A stretch of 63,674 nt of DNA, the filler included. It is 12 parts of 12 records of this genome, joined end to end, with 100 filler letters (N's around TTAATTAATTAA, not from the genome) between each part and the next. Parts side by side here need not be neighbours in the genome. Positions count along the whole stretch, not along the records: positions 9,954 to 17,091 come from SRR7504441_2009; positions 17,192 to 25,307 come from SRR7504441_2011; positions 25,408 to 30,142 come from SRR7504441_2016; 9 more parts are not named here. One strand, written 5' to 3'. Position 1 is the stretch's first letter. Every line of letters starts with the position of its first letter. The notes beneath the pieces were generated by a model, which did no database searches, was not told the DNA's origin, and saw only the letters and a program-made list of their open reading frames with translations. This document shows, one piece after another, positions 13,029 to 25,646 of the stretch. The position numbers were made by a program, and so were the translations under genes.

Positions 13029-13345
13029 CATCTTCGCAGCACCTAGGCGTTTGTTACAATGTGCTCGTATATTGTACCGAGAGCTCGTCGGCAATTCGCC
13101 TCGTAAATCGCAAAGATCTGTACACATCAAATATCTAAATATTGTAGATCGTCAATAATTAAGACGACACATGAATATCCTGTTGCCGCTTTGACATAGC
13201 TTAACTCAAGCCGCCGGCCCTCGACCATCTATAATGATTGAGTGACCTCAGCGTGAGCTCTCCGTATAAGCGGCTGGATTCAATCCCCGTTTAGTTCCCC
13301 ATGATTGCTGGTAGCAGATCACCACACCAAGCCCTGTGGCTCGCC

Positions 13346-14238
13346 CTAGAACTGAGGCGCGCTCTCTACGAAGATGGTGCCCTTGCTCAGCCGCTCGATG
13401 TCCCGCTCGATCTGCTCGAGCTGGGCCTCAAACTCCTCCTTCCGCTGCTTCTTGGCCGGGGTGTCCAGCGTAAACGAGAGCGTCTGGTACGCTTTATTGA
13501 TCCGGTCCCAGTTGGTCTTGAGCCCCTCGATCATTTCCATCCGTTGCTGGTCCTCGAGCATCCGTGTCTGGGTCCCGTCCTCGGCCTCCTCCTCGTACGC
13601 CTCCTGCATTTGCTGGATGTACTTGTACTCGTCCTGGATCTCGGCCTTCACCTTCTCCAGATACGCCGGCACCTTGCCGTAGCCCTTCTTGTTCATGTAG
13701 CTCACCTGCGCCACCCGTCCCGCCCGGCCCCCGGCGCTGGCCCACCTGCCGCACGTCGGTCCTCTTGGGTACAGCCAGGATGTTCTCCACCGCGTTGCAC
13801 GTGATAAAGTTCTTGGAGGTCACCAGCCCTGCCCAGCGCTCATCCTCCCCCCGCGCCCCGCCGGCCCACCTTGCACCGGCCGGTCGGCCGCCCTAGGCGG
13901 GTGTGGCTTGCTCGGGACGGTCTTAGAGTACTCGAACTTGCTCGCTGGCCGGACGGCTCGGGCAGGCCCCGGGGGGGGCGGGGGTACGTTCGGGCAGCTT
14001 GTTGTCCGGCCGGGTGTACGACTTGAGGAACTGCTGCGGGTCCGGGGCCTGCACCTTGAGCGGGCCCATCGTGGCCATCGGCCGGGTCCTGGACGGGACC
14101 TGCCCCCGGCTTACCCAGAGAGCGGCCGGGCGGGCGGACCGCTTGGGCGTACTGGGACCGGTACAGCGGCTGCTTGGGCGCCTCGTGGATCTCGGGGGGG
14201 ATCAGCGTGTAGATCGATTCCTCTCCATACTCTGCCAT
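13346..14238 (-). CDS. ENKUR: Enkurin (flagellar microtubule inner protein), 4 short introns
   Basis: ESIYTLIP N-terminus; KNFITCNAVENILAVPK; YMNKKGYGKVPAYLEKVK; LKTNWDRINKAYQ...KKQRKEEFEAQLEQIERDIERL; introns of about 40-42 nt restore the frame. Confidence 0.9.
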
Positions 14239-14527
14239 GCTTGCCGCGCTTAGTGTATAAATAGCTCACAGCAGCCGTTGCGCTGTCGAATGACTGTACG
14301 TAGACGTGTAGACGTGTAGACGCCGCAGCCATGGTGCACCAATACTTATGCGATCTTAAAAGGAGGACTTTAACTGCTTGGAATACGCAATGCTTTGCGT
14401 CCCGAAGGACAGAGCGCATTGTTGTTTGGAACCTACTAATTGACTATAGTTGAGACCAATTTGTCCGAACATTGCAAGTGCAGTCCGGAGCTCACTCCAT
14501 CTTCTGGTTGTTAACTTAGCGCTTGCT

Positions 14528-15853
14528 CTAGGTCTGCTCTATGGCATCGTCCACTAGCCCGGCCTGCCGCCCCAGTTCGCCCGGGCTGCTGAAGCTGGCC
14601 GACCTGATAAGCCCAATACTTGTGCCGGATTGGGTCCAGCTGCTGCAGCTGCTCCGCCAACTGGCCCGGGCTCAGCCCCGGCAGCCGGGCCGGCGACCTG
14701 TTTGGCCCGCGGGAGCAGATCGGCCCTGCCGTCGAGCGCCAGCTGCACCAACGTGTCCATCGCCTGCACGCAGCTGCTCGAATTATCATCGCCAAGCACC
14801 TGCCCCGGCTCAAAACCCGCCAAACCAGCCCGGACCGCCTCGCAGAAGCTGACTAGCCCGTCGGTTTGGTTAGCCGCCCGGTAGCAGCCGCGCAGGTAGC
14901 CCCACGCGCTGTCGTTGTACACCGTCACCTCGCGCAGCTGTGCCTGAGTGTACTCTATCTCGCTCCCCCAGCGGGCCGCGCTGTCCGGCAGGTGCGAGAT
15001 CACAAAGTAACTGCCAGCCGGCTGGTGGCCCGTGGGCTGGCGTTGGGCCGACCGGTGGTTCCAGGCCGAGTTGTTCCGGGGGTCTGCACTGATCAGCTGG
15101 TCCAAGCAGCTCAACTCGCCATCCCACAGCCCAAAGTGCTTGACCGCCCATTGGCTGCCCCCCGCTCGCCCGGCCCACCAGCCGCGCACCGGTGGCTCCA
15201 GGCGTGGTAGTTCTTGCTATCCTGCTCGAACGCTGCAGCCGGGTGGGCAGCCAGGCTTACGGTTCGGCACCCTCCGAGGTGAACTGCTGCTCCTGGGCCC
15301 CGTCGCGCTTGAGCTCGCACAGGCACTTGCGGTGGTGCCATATCTGGTAGTTCTTAGGGTTCTCGATCGCCATCCGCCAGGTGTGCTCCATCTCGTCCGC
15401 AAGGTCTGCCCGACCACTCAGCCCAAACCAAACAGCCCAAACCCAGCTCGAGCGCGGTCACCAGCTTGCGCCGGAACGCCCTGCCGGCGGTCGGTGGCCG
15501 GGGCCGGGCCGGGGCACCAGGCGGTGTAGTTGGCCGGGTTGCACTCGATGGCGTCGTCGGTCACCTCCCAGGCCCGCTGCGACACCTGGCCCGGCTCAGC
15601 CCCACCCCAACCCGGCCCGCCTCGTTGCACAGCAGCACGTGCCGGAAGTACCCCATCACGTCCTTGACTGGCCGCCGGCTCAGCTCCCGGGGCCGGGCCG
15701 GGCGTACATCGCTCCGAGTACTGGATGGCCACCACCTTGCCCGGGCCGTCATCCTGCGGCACCGGGGTGACGTCCCGCCACTCCTCCCGCTCGCTGCCCG
15801 CCGGCTCGCCCGTCCGCCCGCCCAGCCCCCCGCCTGTACGGCACCCACTCCAT
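14528..15853 (-). CDS. FNTA: Protein farnesyltransferase/geranylgeranyltransferase type-1 subunit alpha, many micro-introns
   Basis: EWRDVTPVPQDDGP..VVAIQYS; NPANYTAW; ENPKNYQIWHHR; DSKNYHAWSHR; DPRNNSAWNHR PFTA repeats; DPIRHKYW at the C-terminus. Exact stop depends on the last intron. Confidence 0.92.
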
Positions 15854-16033
15854 GAAAATCGAGCGCTTGATCCTCCGCCGTGCTCCGGGCCGCAGTCCGA
15901 GCGGCAACAACGGACAAAACCCATGGGTTGGACAGAGGCGGGGGACGCAAGCGAGCAGACGGACGAATTCGTGCCTCGAGCGTTCCTGTTCCGGAGCAGC
16001 ATCCCGGCCCGCGAGTCGGCCGGCGGGAAAGGG

Positions 16034-17091
16034 ATGGCAGGCACCCACCCGTTTCGGATCCCGTGCCGGCTGCTCCCTGCGGCTGGAGTGGTCCACTGCT
16101 TCGAGAACTGCTTCCCGGGAGGCGGCGTGGGCGACCCGACCGAGACCAGGCGCACCTCGACCGGGCTCCGGCAGGCCAAGCCGGGCGAGCAGCCGGGGTC
16201 GGTGCCGGGTGTGCTGGTGGCTTACGGTGAGACGGTGGAGGCGCTGCAGGGCAACGGCACCGCAACCAACGCCCCGGTCTTCCTCCAGTATCTGCTGGCA
16301 GTGCCGGTCGAGCAGATCGAGCCGTGCTCCTGGCAGCAGATCCCGGCCGGTGTGCGCACGGTGCACGTGATGATGTCAGTCCCGCACTTCATGATCGGCT
16401 CGCCGCACGACTTCGGTAGGCCGCTACTCCAGTCGTTCGTGGACATGCAGCTCAAGGACTTCATCACCGAATACGGAGAGCAGTTCGCCATCGAGTGGAT
16501 CGAGAGCTGCCGCGGCTGGCCGGTGGCCTGGCTGAACGACCGCCAGATCGCCCGGCGGCCCTGGCTGCACCAGCCGCAGTATAAGGTGTTTGACAGACTA
16601 CTGGCCGCCCACCCGCCCGCGCCGCACAACATGTTCAGCCACCGGGCGCTCGACATCGAGTTTGCCGCCAAGGCCGCGCTGGCTGGGCTGCAGCCGGAGC
16701 CTGACCTGCTGCCGTCTGAGCCTCTGGTGGCCGACTTCCGTGGGAGCAAGCTGCCGATACACGAGGTGCAGGACTTTGTGTTCGGGTTCGGCTCTCTGAT
16801 CAACTCCAAGAGCCGGATGTCCAGCGACCCAAAGGCGGCCGACGCGGTCCCGGTCCGAGTCCAGTTCGAGTTTGGCCGGGCCTGGAACTTCCAGTCTCCC
16901 ACGGCCCAGCTGACGGCCCTCGGGCTAGAGCGGCTGGCGGAAGGCGAGCAGCGGCCGATCAACGGGGTGATCTCGCCCGTGTTCGAGGCGGCCGGGATGG
17001 CGGCGCTGGACGAGCGGGAGCAGGGCTACGCCCGGGTCCAGATCCCGGTCGAAGCGATCACGGCTACCTCGTGGATCGCGCTGCCGGACTC
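16034..17091 (+). CDS. Gamma-glutamylcyclotransferase-like (GGCT/AIG2-fold) protein, 3'-truncated
   Basis: FVFGFGSLIN motif, RAWNF, INGVI, ALDEREQGYARV. Confidence 0.7.
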
Positions 17092-17844
17092 NNNNNNNNN
17101 NNNNNNNNNNNNNNNNNNNNNNNNNNNNNNNNNNNTTAATTAATTAANNNNNNNNNNNNNNNNNNNNNNNNNNNNNNNNNNNNNNNNNNNNGGCGAACGT
17201 TTCACCGGTGACGAGCACCGCTCCGCCGACGTGCACGACCTTGGACATGTGTCGCCGAACCAGCAAGGTGGCGAGAGCAAGGTGGCGGGGTCGTGCGGCC
17301 AGCTTGCACGGCAGTCACTGGGGCCGCTGTGTTCGTCCGTTGAAATGACACAGACTCGTTCACGGCGCCGGCATGGTGTTTGCAGGGAGCCCTCTTCTTG
17401 AGCTGGCAAGTGGGGCCATGGTGTGGTCGCCACCCAGCAGCAGCGCGCTGCCGACGCTGCTGTACCGGCCCTCGGGCCCTGGGTGCAGAGGTACCAACTC
17501 CTGCGGCAGCGAAGAGCATGCGCTGGCGACCGGCGGCCACTTCGGCAGGAACACGCACCACTGCCAGCCACCGTACAACAAATTGCCCGCCTGCCGGCGA
17601 AAGCACTGAGCGCACCGAGCCGGACCACGAGCAGTGGACCGCACATTCATTTGCCGGACATGATGCATCGCATGATGCCGCGCCTCAGATAGCATTGGTA
17701 ACGCTTAGGCGGCGAACCGGTCGGCACAAAGTTCTACAATATCACGGCAGTATTACGGTACACCAAATCAGTTTATATGAGTATATTAGAGTAATCGATG
17801 AGCGTCGGACACATGAGAGCCCCAACATTACTTAATTACATGCG

Positions 17845-19689
17845 TTATACGCTAGTATCCGAACCCTCTAGCACTAGACACAATAGCCTATTGAACTGCA
17901 CCGGCCGTTCTAGCGCGAGTTGATGCCCGGCGGTCTTTAGCTGGTGTAGTTCGGCTTGCATCCCTGCTGCCTGCAAGCTGGCCACTATCCGCCCACCGAC
18001 ACTGTGATCCATCCAGTCCAACACAGGGTCGCCATAGATGAAACTGCACCGGCATCGGATGTTGCCAGGGGTCAATCGATCAGCCAGGGGCAGCCTTGCC
18101 GATGCAAACCCCTGCCTCCCAGTCAGCCCACCCAAGCACTAGTTTGCACCGTGTTTTGCTCCAAATTCGGCGGCTGAAGAACCGTGTTCAGCGCAAATTC
18201 ACCTGAGCCGCGCCGACACCAGCTGTGGTACAAATACGCAGCCAGCGCCATCGGGTGGCTGATCTGGCTGATCGTCTCTTCACCCATCCTTTCCAGCCTC
18301 ATCGCCACAATCCGACGAACCAAACAGGGCCCCAGTGGCCCAACGAATCGGAGCGCCGCCTGCAGGTGCCGCTCAGGCCCTCTGCGGCCGCTCAGGGTTA
18401 CCTGCGGCGTCACATTCGCGCACCAAAGGAATCTGAGAATGGCTAGCGCGCACGGGCTCTGCACGCAGGGCTCAGCCGAGGGTAGCAGCCGAGGGCGGCA
18501 CCCGGTGCGGGCCGGGGCGGTCGGGGGCGGGAGCCCTTGGGGTGGCGGGCGAGACCAGCACCAGATGATCTACCCGATCGCTGTGGGCTATGGCGTAGCT
18601 GGCCGCCAGGACCGCCCCGAGCGAGTGGCCCACCAGCACCATCCGATCCAGCCCCAGCTCCGCCCTCCAACGCTCGATCGCCTCCACAAACCAAGCCTCC
18701 GCCTCGGACACACTTGGTTGGCTCGGGAAGTCCGGCCGGTCCGAGGCGCCGCACCCGAGCCAGTCGATTGCGAGCACTCGCCGACCGGTCTGTGCGAGCG
18801 CCTGGAGGTTATTAAACCAGCAGGCGGCCCCGGCCCCAAACCCGTGCACCAGCACCACAGCGGCCGCAAGCCTCGGCTCGGCCGCCGCAGGCACGTCTAT
18901 GGTGTGTACTCCAGCCGCGTTGTACGCGGTCCAGCCCTCGACAGGGGCGACGGCCGATTCAACCAGCTGCCGCTCTGCCTCGAGCAGCGATGCCCGGCTT
19001 GTCGGGCGCCAGCAGCGAGACAGCGCCACGACCTGGCACAAGTTGAGCCCAGCCGAGACGGTCAGCACGGCCACCACCCAGCACTGGGCCATCCTGCCCG
19101 TGTATGCCAGGCCCTGCCCCAAGGCCGCACCACCGCCGAGCGCGGCGGCGAGCGCCCCGACCACCCAGGGCTGGCTGGACCACAAGCTGGGCAGCCCGGC
19201 GGCCGGGCGGTCTGAGTTTGGGGAGGCCACGGTGCACCGGAGCAGCGCGATGCAGCCGGCCACGGCGGCGTTGACCGGCAGGATGATCAGGAGCGAGCGG
19301 CTGAAGCTGTATGGGCAGAGCTCGTACCGCCACCAGTCGGCCGGGCTGCTGTAGCTCTGGGTGCAGGCCAGCGCGTAGAGCCCGAGCAGCAGGAGCCAGG
19401 AGAGCAGGCAGTGCGCGTACAGATAGAAAGAGAGCAGCTTGCCCAGCACCCACCACACCATCACCAGCGGCCACAGCAGCAGCCCAAATACCACCACCGC
19501 CCCCAGCAGCCAGCTCCGATCCGGTGGCGGCTGAGCCGGCCCCGAAACCAGCACAAACGACGACGAGCGCGAGGCGGTCTGTGGCTCTGCCACGGTCTGT
19601 TGCTCTGGGCACGGTGCCGTGGCATCGCTGGTGGCATCGCCGGTGGCATCGCTGACCGGCTCGCCCAGCTTCTGGTCGGCTGGTGCCAT
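17845..19689 (-). CDS. Alpha/beta hydrolase, ABHD4/ABHD5/Cld1-like, with hydrophobic N-terminal extension
   Basis: VLVHGFGAG, AIDWLGCGASDRP, WFVEAIERWR, GHSLG nucleophile elbow, IYGD..DWMD, AGHQL; short introns in the 3' half. Confidence 0.85.
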
Positions 19690-19763
19690 GTTGACCACGG
19701 GGAAATATTATTCATGCACGTTGGGGGACACTTTTGCAAAAAAGAGCCTAAAGCGCAAGCCCA

Positions 19764-22700
19764 ATGCGCCGTTCGGCGGCATTGGTGGTAGCCGCATGGG
19801 CGGCGTGCGTGGCGGTCGGGCTGCCGTTTGGCGAGCTAGGCGCCGGCAATGCGACCGGACTGCGCAGCGAGCCGGTCGAGATCAAGCCTGCAGGTGGCCG
19901 CTCCCCCCCCCGAACGCTCACCGCTGCGAGCAGCTGATGTCAAGCTCGCGTTCGCGCAGCGCGACGCCGAGAAGCAAGCCGGGGAGGTGCTGGCGGGCGC
20001 GAAGAAGCTATCGCAGCTTGAGGTGCCCCGCTTGGTTTCGGGGCCCGGCTGATCCGATCGGCAGGCCGAGGACAAACTGGCGTCGGCCCAGGCCGGGCGA
20101 GACAAGCGGGCGGCCGCGGTGGCGCAGGCGGAGGTGGCCGAGGCCAAGGCCCGGCTGCGCGGGGCCGAACGCAACCAACGGCTAGAAGCCAAGGCCGAGA
20201 AGAAGGCCGATTGCGCGGAGCACGCCAAGGAAGCCGCGGCGATCACGGGTGAGATGCGGCTCAAGCAGAAGGCGGCCGAGGAGCAGCAGCGGGCGGCCGA
20301 CAAGAAGCAGCAGGTGCGGCCTGCGCACGCTTGACCGGGCTGACGGGTGCGGCAGGCCGAGGTGGATAGCGAGATGGCCAAGAAGCAGCTTGGACAGACG
20401 GAGGAGGAGGAGGCCAAAGCTTCGAGCAAGGCTGAGGCCGCTGAGAGCGCCGCGGAGGAGGCGGAGGCCGCTATGGTCGAGAGGAAGGCAGCAGCCAAGC
20501 TGGCAGACCAGAAGGCCCGGGGTGTCGCCAAGCTGCAAGCTGAAAAAGTCAAAGCGGTCGAGGAGGCTCAGCAGGCCGGTGTCGACCAGGCGGAGGCTGA
20601 GATCGAGAGAGCGACGGCCAGCGAGCAGCAGGCGGAGGCCGCGCTTGCCGCAGCCAAGGGCAGTGAGCAAGCCGAGACTGCAAAGCTCGACGCTGAGGCT
20701 GGCAAGGCGACAGCTCGGGTAGAGCAAGCGGATGCTGAAGAGGCTGCCAGAAAGGAGCAGCGCCGCAGCGCCGTGCAGGCCGCCAAGCAGCAGAAGGCTG
20801 CAGAGGAGGCTGCTATTGCAGCAGTCGCCAAGCAACGGGCAGAGGCAGCTGCAGCCGCGAGAGCTGCTATGCTTGCCTCGAGGCAGAAGGCAGCGGCAGC
20901 ACGACTGAAGGCCGAAGCCGAAAGCGCCAACCAAGCGGCATTGCGCCAGCAGGCCTTGGCGGCTGGGGCTGCTAACGAGGCGCAGCGGGCGGGCGAGGAG
21001 CTGCAGGAGAACACTCAGCTGGCCCGCGAGGCCGCCACAGCCAGGTCACAAGCCGAGCAAGCGGTCGACCAAGCTGAAAAGGTAGCCGAGGCTGCCGAAG
21101 GCCAAGCGACCAAGTCGGCGGCGGAGGTTGCTCCGGCCGAGACTGAGCTGGATCAAGTGCGCAGCTCGGTAGCTGGGAAGCAGCCGAACAGAGAGCAAGC
21201 AGTGCGCACAGAAAAGGAGTCCGTAATTAGACTGGATCGGGAGCTGGACGCGACCAACATCGATCGGGCGCAGGTGCTCGAGCGGGTTCGCAGGAAGGGC
21301 GACGCGAACATGGCCTCAGCCAACAAGGCGAGTGCCAAGGCCGCGGCTCGTTCGCAGAAGTCGGAGGTAGAGGAGGCAGCAGCAGAACGATCGGTCCAAG
21401 AGGGCGAGGAGCAGCACGAGAAGGAACTGACCAAGCAGAATCAGCTGGTGGACCAGGCCCAGAAATCGTACGACGCTGCGCTGAGGACAGCCAAGCAAGC
21501 CGCCAAGCGGAAGCTGGATCAAGTTGAGGACGAGGCGGCCGAGAGCGACAGGATGGCTGCAAACGCGGTGAATGGGGCCAAGCTCGAGACAGCCGCCGCT
21601 CTGGAGAAGCTCGAGCAGAAGAAGCAGCAGCTGCAGCACATCATCGACGACGCTAACAAGCTGGCTGACGAGCGGGTCACTCGCGCCAAGAAGCAGTTCA
21701 AACGGGACAAGCGAGAGAGCGAGCGACGCGCGGCCAAGATCGGCGAGCAGGCCGACCGGCGAGCCAAGCAAGCGGAGGCCGAGTTTGAGAACGAGCGCGA
21801 GCAGGTTGATCAGCAGCAGCTGGCGCCTGCCCCAGAGCCAGGCCAGCTGTCTGCCAAGGAGCAGATGTCCAAGGTCAAATCCGAGCTACGCGTTGAGGTG
21901 TTCAAGGAGATCGCCGAGACACAGAAGCAAGATGCGATCAAGGACAAGTCCACCGCGGCGCACGACGCCAAGGAGCAGCTCAGGCTGCTCAGGCAGCGGC
22001 TCAAGGCAGAGCGGCGCGAGGCGGAGGAGATCCAACAGGATGCGGTCAAGGAGCGGGACGAGCAGATGCAAGATGAGGTCGGGGAGCACGAGCGGGCGAT
22101 GCAAGCCGAGGAGAAGCTGGTCGAGCAGGCACGGAGCGTGAAGCTTGCAGGGAAGAAGATGGTGGCCAAGGCAGACGCAGAGGCGCGCGAGCAAGTTATC
22201 CGCCAAACAAAGGAAGAGGAGCAGCTCAAAGAAACCGTGGAGGAGGAGGCCAAGGCCCGCAAGTTGGAGAGTGCCAAGACACTGGCTGGGCTGAAGGAGG
22301 ACCTTGAGCTGCGGCAGAACGAGCAGAAGGCCTCGTCCAAAGATGCTTACGAGGCCGCCACGAACGCTAAGAAAGCAACACGCGAGGCCAAGCTTGATCT
22401 TGAGCAAGCTCGCGAGGTCGAGGCCAAGAAGGTCCAAGCAGCAGAGGCCAAGCTTGCAGCAGGCAAGACGGTGCTCAATGAGAAGGTGGTTGAAGCCAAC
22501 GAAGGCCCAAAGAAGGATGCTGCGCTGGTGACAGTTGCCAAAAACGCCCTGGACAAAGCCAAGAAGCGAGCGGAAGCGGACACGGCTGGGTTCACTCTTG
22601 CAGAGGCTGATATCAAGGTGCAGCGGAATGCACTGAAGGCAGCGGAGAAAGTCAACAACAATGCGGATATGGCTCAACAAGAAGCCAAGTCTACAGAGCA

Positions 22701-24855
22701 GCTGTCCAAGTCACAAAGCGAGGCAGCTGGGGTCAAAGCAACTGATGCCATGCAAACGTCGCAAGATAAGAAAGAAGCTGCGGACAAAGCAATGGCCAAG
22801 GCTGAGACAGCTTATTTGGAGACCGGCGGTGAGGTGAAGGCCACGGTCAAAGCGCTGCGGGATGCACAACTGAACGAGCAATCCATGCAGCAACAGGCTG
22901 CTCTGGGCGAGGAAGCTGTTGCACAAGCTGAGATGGAGGTGCAAGAGGGTGCAAGTGCCGTGGCCAGGCGGAAAGAGCTGCAGGCTTCTCAGAACCAAGC
23001 TGCCAAGAGCCAGGCTCAGGACGGGACACAGCAGGCAGCAGCTGCAGCACAGTCGCTGAGGAAGCGCAAGCTTGAGCTCGCAAGCGCAAGGTCCAATCTC
23101 GCGAGTGTGCAAACTGCAGCCACAGAGACTACTGGCGAGGCTAAAGCAGCTGCAGGAAAGGTGGCAGAAGCGGCTAAGGCAACGGCACTTGACGAAGCCC
23201 AGAAGTTGGCTGAGACTGAAGCTGAGTCGAAGCAAAAGGAAGGGGAAGCCACGGAAGCCGAGCAAGTGCTGGCTGATGCCAAAGCAGAAGAACAGTCTGC
23301 TAAGCGGTCTGCTGAGGAGGTTGGGGCAAAGGATGAAGAGCAGGCCGAAGCTGCTACACAAGATGCGAACGCTGCTGCCAAGAAGGCACAGGAAGCAAAA
23401 GCAGAGGGTGCCGGCACTGTCAAGAAAGCGAAGATGGCAAAAGAAGCCACCGAGAAGGCCAGCAAGGATGCGGAGAATGCAGCCGAAGATGCTAGCGCCT
23501 CTCTGGAGAAGGCTGAAGCTGCTGCTTTGAAAGCGACCCGAAATGCTCAAGCTAGTGCCGCTCAGAAAGCCAATCTTGCTTCTGAAGTTGCTGGAGCTGC
23601 TCAGAAGGTAAAATCCGACAAAAAAGCTGAACAGAAGCTCCAAGCAGAAGTGGTGGAGATTTCTCGCGAGGAAGCTGCCGCAACAGAGAACCAAGCTGAG
23701 CAGCAAGCCGAAAAGCTGCAGAAAGAAGCAGAGGGTGCCGATGCCACAGAGAAAGCGCTTCTGGAAAAGGAGAAGTCAGAAGAAGATAAGGCCAGGAACG
23801 CGGACCTATCAGCACACCAGCAGGTGGAGAAGGTGAAGGAGGGCGCTCTTCAGGCTATCGACAAGGCCAAGCAGGACGCTGTGGAGGAGATCTCTCAGCT
23901 GCACCAGGGTACAATGCAAAAGCTTCGAGATGAGCGAGATGCTGGCTTGGCTGCCAAGGACAAGGCCCGAGGTGTGAAAGCGAAGCTTGACATGGAGAAG
24001 CAGGCCGCAAAGATCAAAGTGCAGGCGGTGGAAGATGCAGAGGCACTGGAGGAGGCAGCGCTCAAGCACGAGAATGAAGTCGAGGTGAAACAACTCAAGA
24101 ATATCGCTTCAGCCCTGAAAGCTGAGAAGGAGAAAGTTTCTGAAGCTAAAACAGAAGCGCAGAAAGCCAAGCAGTCGACGATCAAAGCTCAAGAGGCTGA
24201 GGAGGTCGCTCGAACAAAGCAAGAAGCCGCGGAAAGACAGGCTCGCGCCGCTCGACAAGCTAGCGAATCTGTGCGTTCAGAAGCCAAGGTGGCACAAAAG
24301 CAGGCAGACCAGCAGCAGCAGGATGCTCAGAAGCAAATCCAGAATGCTCAGCAGGCCCAGATCGATGCCCAGTTGTTGCTGAAGAAGGCGGAGGCGGATG
24401 CAGCCAACGCTCAGGACCGGGCTGACAGAGCTAAGACGGAGATGGAGCGCGAGCAGCTCAAAACAGAACGAGCTGTTAGCCAAATGCGCAGTGCCGAGGC
24501 GGATGCAAAGCAGCGCCAGAAGCAAGCAGAGCAGGATGCGGAGGCATCAGTGAGCCGCGCTGAACAGAAGGCAGTGGCGGATACCAAGTTCGCCGTGCAA
24601 CAGGCTCAAGCACAGGCACAACAAGCCAGCGCCGCGGCTGCTGCCACAGCGGAAGCAGCCAAAATTAAAGCTCAGCTGCAAGTGGCAGCTTCGGAGAAAT
24701 CAGTCGAGCTAGCAAATCATGATGCGGCCGCCGCAGAGTATAAGATGCGCGCCACCGAGGAACACACAGTGGTGGCTAAGAATGTGCTAACTGCTGCTCA
24801 GAAGGCATTCGATGATGTAGAAGCTACCAAGAAGACTACGTCTGCTAGGCCATGA
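19764..24855 (+). CDS. Giant coiled-coil protein with putative signal peptide (about 1655 aa); introns 19894-19933, 20023-20064, 20314-20355
   Basis: MRRSAALVVAAWAACVAVG N-terminus; three 40-42 nt GT-AG introns join in frame to the 4.5-kb A/E/K/Q-rich ORF. Confidence 0.8.
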
Positions 24856-25408
24856 TCTCTTTGACATGTAGCACTTGTTGAGCATATTTAGCTTCGTATT
24901 TTATACCAGTACATGTATACACAAATATTAAAATCGATTTATCTCTGACAATGGATAATTATATCGTCCAAGAGGATGATTGTACATGTACATGTCATTA
25001 ACATGTTGTCGCGGCCTGTTCCTGTGGTTTGTGTTAATTAATCAACGCGCTACTCGTAATTTGTACCATGCCGACGTTTTCCGGCCTGGTCTGCGATACT
25101 TGAGTTCTAGGTAGTTGTTGGTCCTAAATACACAATAAAAGAAAACTGCGATTCACAAAGGCGCGGTTCCTAAGGTTCTGGTTCAAACGAGTACTCAGTC
25201 GCACTTGAGTTACCACCGTAATCAGGATGTCGACTCCTGGTGGTAGGACCAAGCAGCAGCCAAGCAAAACTTGCAGGATTCGAATTTTGCATGCAATTTG
25301 AAGCTAGNNNNNNNNNNNNNNNNNNNNNNNNNNNNNNNNNNNNNNNNNNNNTTAATTAATTAANNNNNNNNNNNNNNNNNNNNNNNNNNNNNNNNNNNNN
25401 NNNNNNNC

Positions 25409-25646
25409 GATGAGGTGCACAAGCCGCCGCCTCAGCCTGAGGAGGCCACGCAAGCACTGCCCGGCCAGGACACATCAGGTGGCTGACTGCTGCGGCTAGC
25501 CTGACCAGGGATGGCCAGCCCCGGAGCCTGACGAGCCGAGCAAGGACCCACTCGCCGCTTTCGGCGACTCCGGCAGTAAGCCGGTGGTGGAGGAGGAGAA
25601 GCCAGCTAGTGCGCCTGCGGCCTCCCCACTGAACGCTTTCTCTTGA
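25409..25646 (+). CDS. 3' end of a Pro/Ala/Glu-rich low-complexity protein (paralog of 59084-59794)
   Basis: ALPGQDTS, 40-nt intron, then APEPDEPSKDPLAAFGDSG...ASPLNAFS*. Confidence 0.6.

Noticed and set aside
422-20355. Introner-type transposon family
   Set aside because: Introns share length but I found no shared sequence or terminal inverted repeats between introns of unrelated genes.
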